A DNA stretch of 11,034 nucleotides from Anthoceros angustus. Lineage: Eukaryota; Plantae; Anthocerotophyta. The notes beneath the pieces are model-generated. The model ran no database searches and was not told the origin of the DNA. It saw nothing but the letters and a program-made list of their open reading frames with translations. Shown here one piece after another: positions 9,301-11,034 of the stretch. The stretch is taken from the NCBI GenBank assembly GCA_010909165.1, contig MU008186.1, forward strand, positions 822,705 through 833,738, given 5' to 3'. Every line of letters begins with the position of its first letter. Within the stretch, counting starts at the first letter, position 1. A program made the position numbers and the translations under genes.

Positions 9301-9870
9301 GAGGTTCTTGGATCGGACCTCCTTGTTGATCGCCGCCCGGCATCTTCGGGCAAACTCCGGACTAGAGTAGCGTTGTCAAAGGTCCGAGACCATTTGGAAC
9401 ACGTCCGGATGCCACTCTGCACCAATTCCTGCTTCCTCCGGCCCGGGGCCGAAGTCCGGATAGCCGGGTCACAATGTTGCGCTCCACGAGGTCCATGGCT
9501 CCCAGTCGGCTTTTGGGTGCCATTGCTTTCTCCTCTCTCTTGGCGCTGGCGAGTCCGGCACGATGTTCCTCCTTCGCGCGTTCGTTGCTCCAACCTTGAT
9601 GCGCCACGCTCTGGTGCGCCCAAAAGAGCCGAGCGGATTGCGGGCGCAAGGCGAGGGATGGAGGCGGCATGACCTCCCTCCTTGGCGCTTGTGGAAATGC
9701 TTCGGCGGAAGGCGCCTCTTCGTTGTCCGTAGCGCGAGTGCACGCCCCCACGACCCTCGGCGCCTACCGCGCCGCGGGCGTGAATACTGCCTGCGGCCTG
9801 CAAGGTTCAGTCTGGCCTCTGCATGCCGACCTCCACTCGGGGCCGTCCACGTGGCGCCGCCTCGTCATCC
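6372..9870 (-). pseudogene. Long low-complexity extra ORF region 3' of Ty3/gypsy pol (Athila/Tat-type accessory ORF), frameshifted
   Basis: Continuous GC-rich, coding-like, E/R/G/P/S-rich minus-strand fragments begin ~280 nt after the integrase stop. There is a globular-looking segment at ~8900-9520 (MAPKSRLGAMDLVERNIVT...RII/LNSPPRWITLV...GRIIFA...EARKLRSEKP), and charged and acidic tracts at ~6900-7800. Boundaries are approximate. Confidence 0.5.
6731..6876. repeat. Degenerate 23-27 bp tandem repeat built on the palindrome GTCCGGAC plus a GTCGG(AC) partial copy
   Basis: GTCCGGAC starts at 6757, 6780, 6804, 6831 and 6858, with a variant GTCCGGCC at 6732. On the minus strand it encodes RPTQVRTRI/SPTQVRTNK/SDQVRTDNR repeats. 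Confidence 0.85.
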
Positions 9871-10147
9871 TCACGCCTCGCTCCTAGGTTACTTTCACGT
9901 ACTTATCCTATTTTGACACAGGTGGGTTCGGACTTATCCGTTACTCGTAGTCGGAGCTTGCCATAGTGGTCAGGGTCCGTTGTTCACTCCAGTCAGTATA
10001 CTCCGAGCCTCGTCCGCGCTACCCCAATTTATTCCTCCTTTTCCGCCTTATTTATCCTTCAATCCTAAAAAGCGAAACCCTACTTACTTAACTCCCGAGG
10101 AAGTGCATAGCCCATACTCCCTTCTCATCATTGGCGTCTCGCCAACA

Positions 10148-10490
10148 CTAAGCATGATACTTCTTCACCGCCACCCGTTTACCGAGTGGGCAGCACTCTC
10201 CATCTAGGCGTGTGGACGGACCCGTTGTCATATACTTGCACCACTTGGTACGGACCCATCCATCTCGGTGAAGTTTGCAGGAAAATGCATGTCGACTATC
10301 ATAAAGGAGGGCGGTCCCTTCCTTTACATACTCGATTCCGATCGTGATCGTGCCAAATCTTTCCTGGTTTTGCTGTGCATCTTCAATGAGCTTCTTCTGT
10401 CCTCGTCTTTGAACAAACCCCAAGAGTCGCTCGAGGCTTTCCTCTGTCTCCTTCCATCATTACTCGAAAAGTGGGCACTTCAAACTCTCG
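10148..10490 (-). pseudogene. pol: Ty3/gypsy pol: integrase C-terminal region with GPY motif, frameshifted and 5'-truncated
   Basis: Frame-stitched translation: EFEVPTFRVMME...ERLLG...EDRRSSLKM...KIWHD...LLYDSRHA/F...KLH/RWMGPYQVVQVYDNGSV (10215-10265)/...LDGE...VKKYHA* (TAG at 10148-10150). This matches the 'PxEFxVP...WHD...VLLYDS...PGKL..RWxGPY...NGxRLKxY' end of plant gypsy integrases. Confidence 0.88.
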
Positions 10491-10491
10491 G

Positions 10492-11034
10492 CGATCACGC
10501 GCAGCGGCCAGCCGGACGGACGGTGATGGTCGGCTGTACGTTGAGGAAGCGCTCGACGAGGCGGCTGGCCTGCGCGATTGGTAGTCGATTGGGTGGATTG
10601 CTGCAGGGCCTTGACGAGGTCGCTGTCGGATGAGCCAAAGGCGAGCTGGCTACCGACACCGAGCACGGTTGCGAGCGCCACACCTTCAGCAGTTTCCAGG
10701 TGAAAATCGACCTCGTCGGAGAGACACGGTATCCGCCGGTGTCGGTGGCAGGAAGATTGTCGATGACCACGGACGTACCATCCGGCCTGATGATGCGCTG
10801 CCAGATGACGAGTGCACGCTCTTGTCCGAATGCGATAACATTGTCGTACTTACCGACGAGGCGTGAGCCCTGAGGGACGAGGAGATACCGGCCGGCGACG
10901 GTGTCGAAGACGTTCTCCGTCACCTGCGCGATCACGAAGCCAGGAAGATCGGAGTTGAGCCCGCTGACCAGGCTCGCCGAGATGATTGTGCCGGCCATGA
11001 GCTGATAGGAGAGGCCGGCTTCCAACCGATGCAG
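10492..11034 (-). CDS. trbI: Conjugal transfer protein TrbI/VirB10 (type IV secretion), C-terminal part, frameshifted, lacking its last residues and running off the window
   Basis: SYQLMAGTIISASLVSGLNSDLPGFVIAQVTENVFDTVAGRYLLVPQGSRLVGKYDNVIAFGQERALVIWQRIIRPDGTSVVIDNLPATDTGGY/LSDEVDFH/WKLLK/VALATVLGVGSQLAFGSSDSDLVKALQQSTQSTTNRAGQ/RLVERFLNVQPTITVRP/GWPLRVI. This is the typical TrbI/VirB10 C-terminal domain, with high-GC3 bacterial codon usage. Confidence 0.95.

Larger units (their letters stand above)
6372..10490 (-). mobile_element. 3' internal portion of a non-chromovirus Ty3/gypsy LTR retrotransposon
   Basis: Integrase C-terminus without a chromodomain, followed by a long same-strand accessory ORF region. 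No LTR pair or unambiguous PPT is visible, so the left boundary is undefined. Confidence 0.6.

Noticed and set aside
10480-10510. T-DNA border or att site at the trbI junction
   Set aside because: No border-like 25-mer or flanking repeat is visible, and the break falls inside both coding sequences.
1885-10866. The many plus-strand ORFs in the track
   Set aside because: None has a recognisable motif. They are antisense shadows of GC-rich minus-strand coding sequence.

Overview
Probably eukaryotic DNA, most likely from a non-seed plant or streptophyte (inference), made up mostly of mobile-element sequence. Every recognisable gene lies on the minus strand and is broken by many small, deletion-biased frameshifts, so the ORF track shows only fragments. 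Reading the minus strand from right to left: (1) the C-terminal part of a bacterial conjugation gene, trbI/VirB10 (10492-11034), joined abruptly to (2) the C-terminal end of a non-chromovirus Ty3/gypsy integrase with a GPY motif (10148-10490); (3) a ~3.5 kb GC-rich, low-complexity extra ORF region of the kind found in the 3' part of Athila/Tat-like elements; (4) a long intronless gene combining a ParB/Srx-like domain (GGNHS) with a beta-class amino (N4C/N6A) DNA methyltransferase domain and possibly a partial Ulp1-like peptidase; (5) a possible small unknown ORF and a (GGCGGATG)9 repeat; and (6) an AT-rich RING-H2 gene that the ORF track misses. The most notable item is the prokaryote-style ParB-methyltransferase fusion in a plant-type transposon setting. 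The frameshifts and the trbI junction may be long-read or assembly artefacts. All domain calls come from manual motif reading, not database searches.
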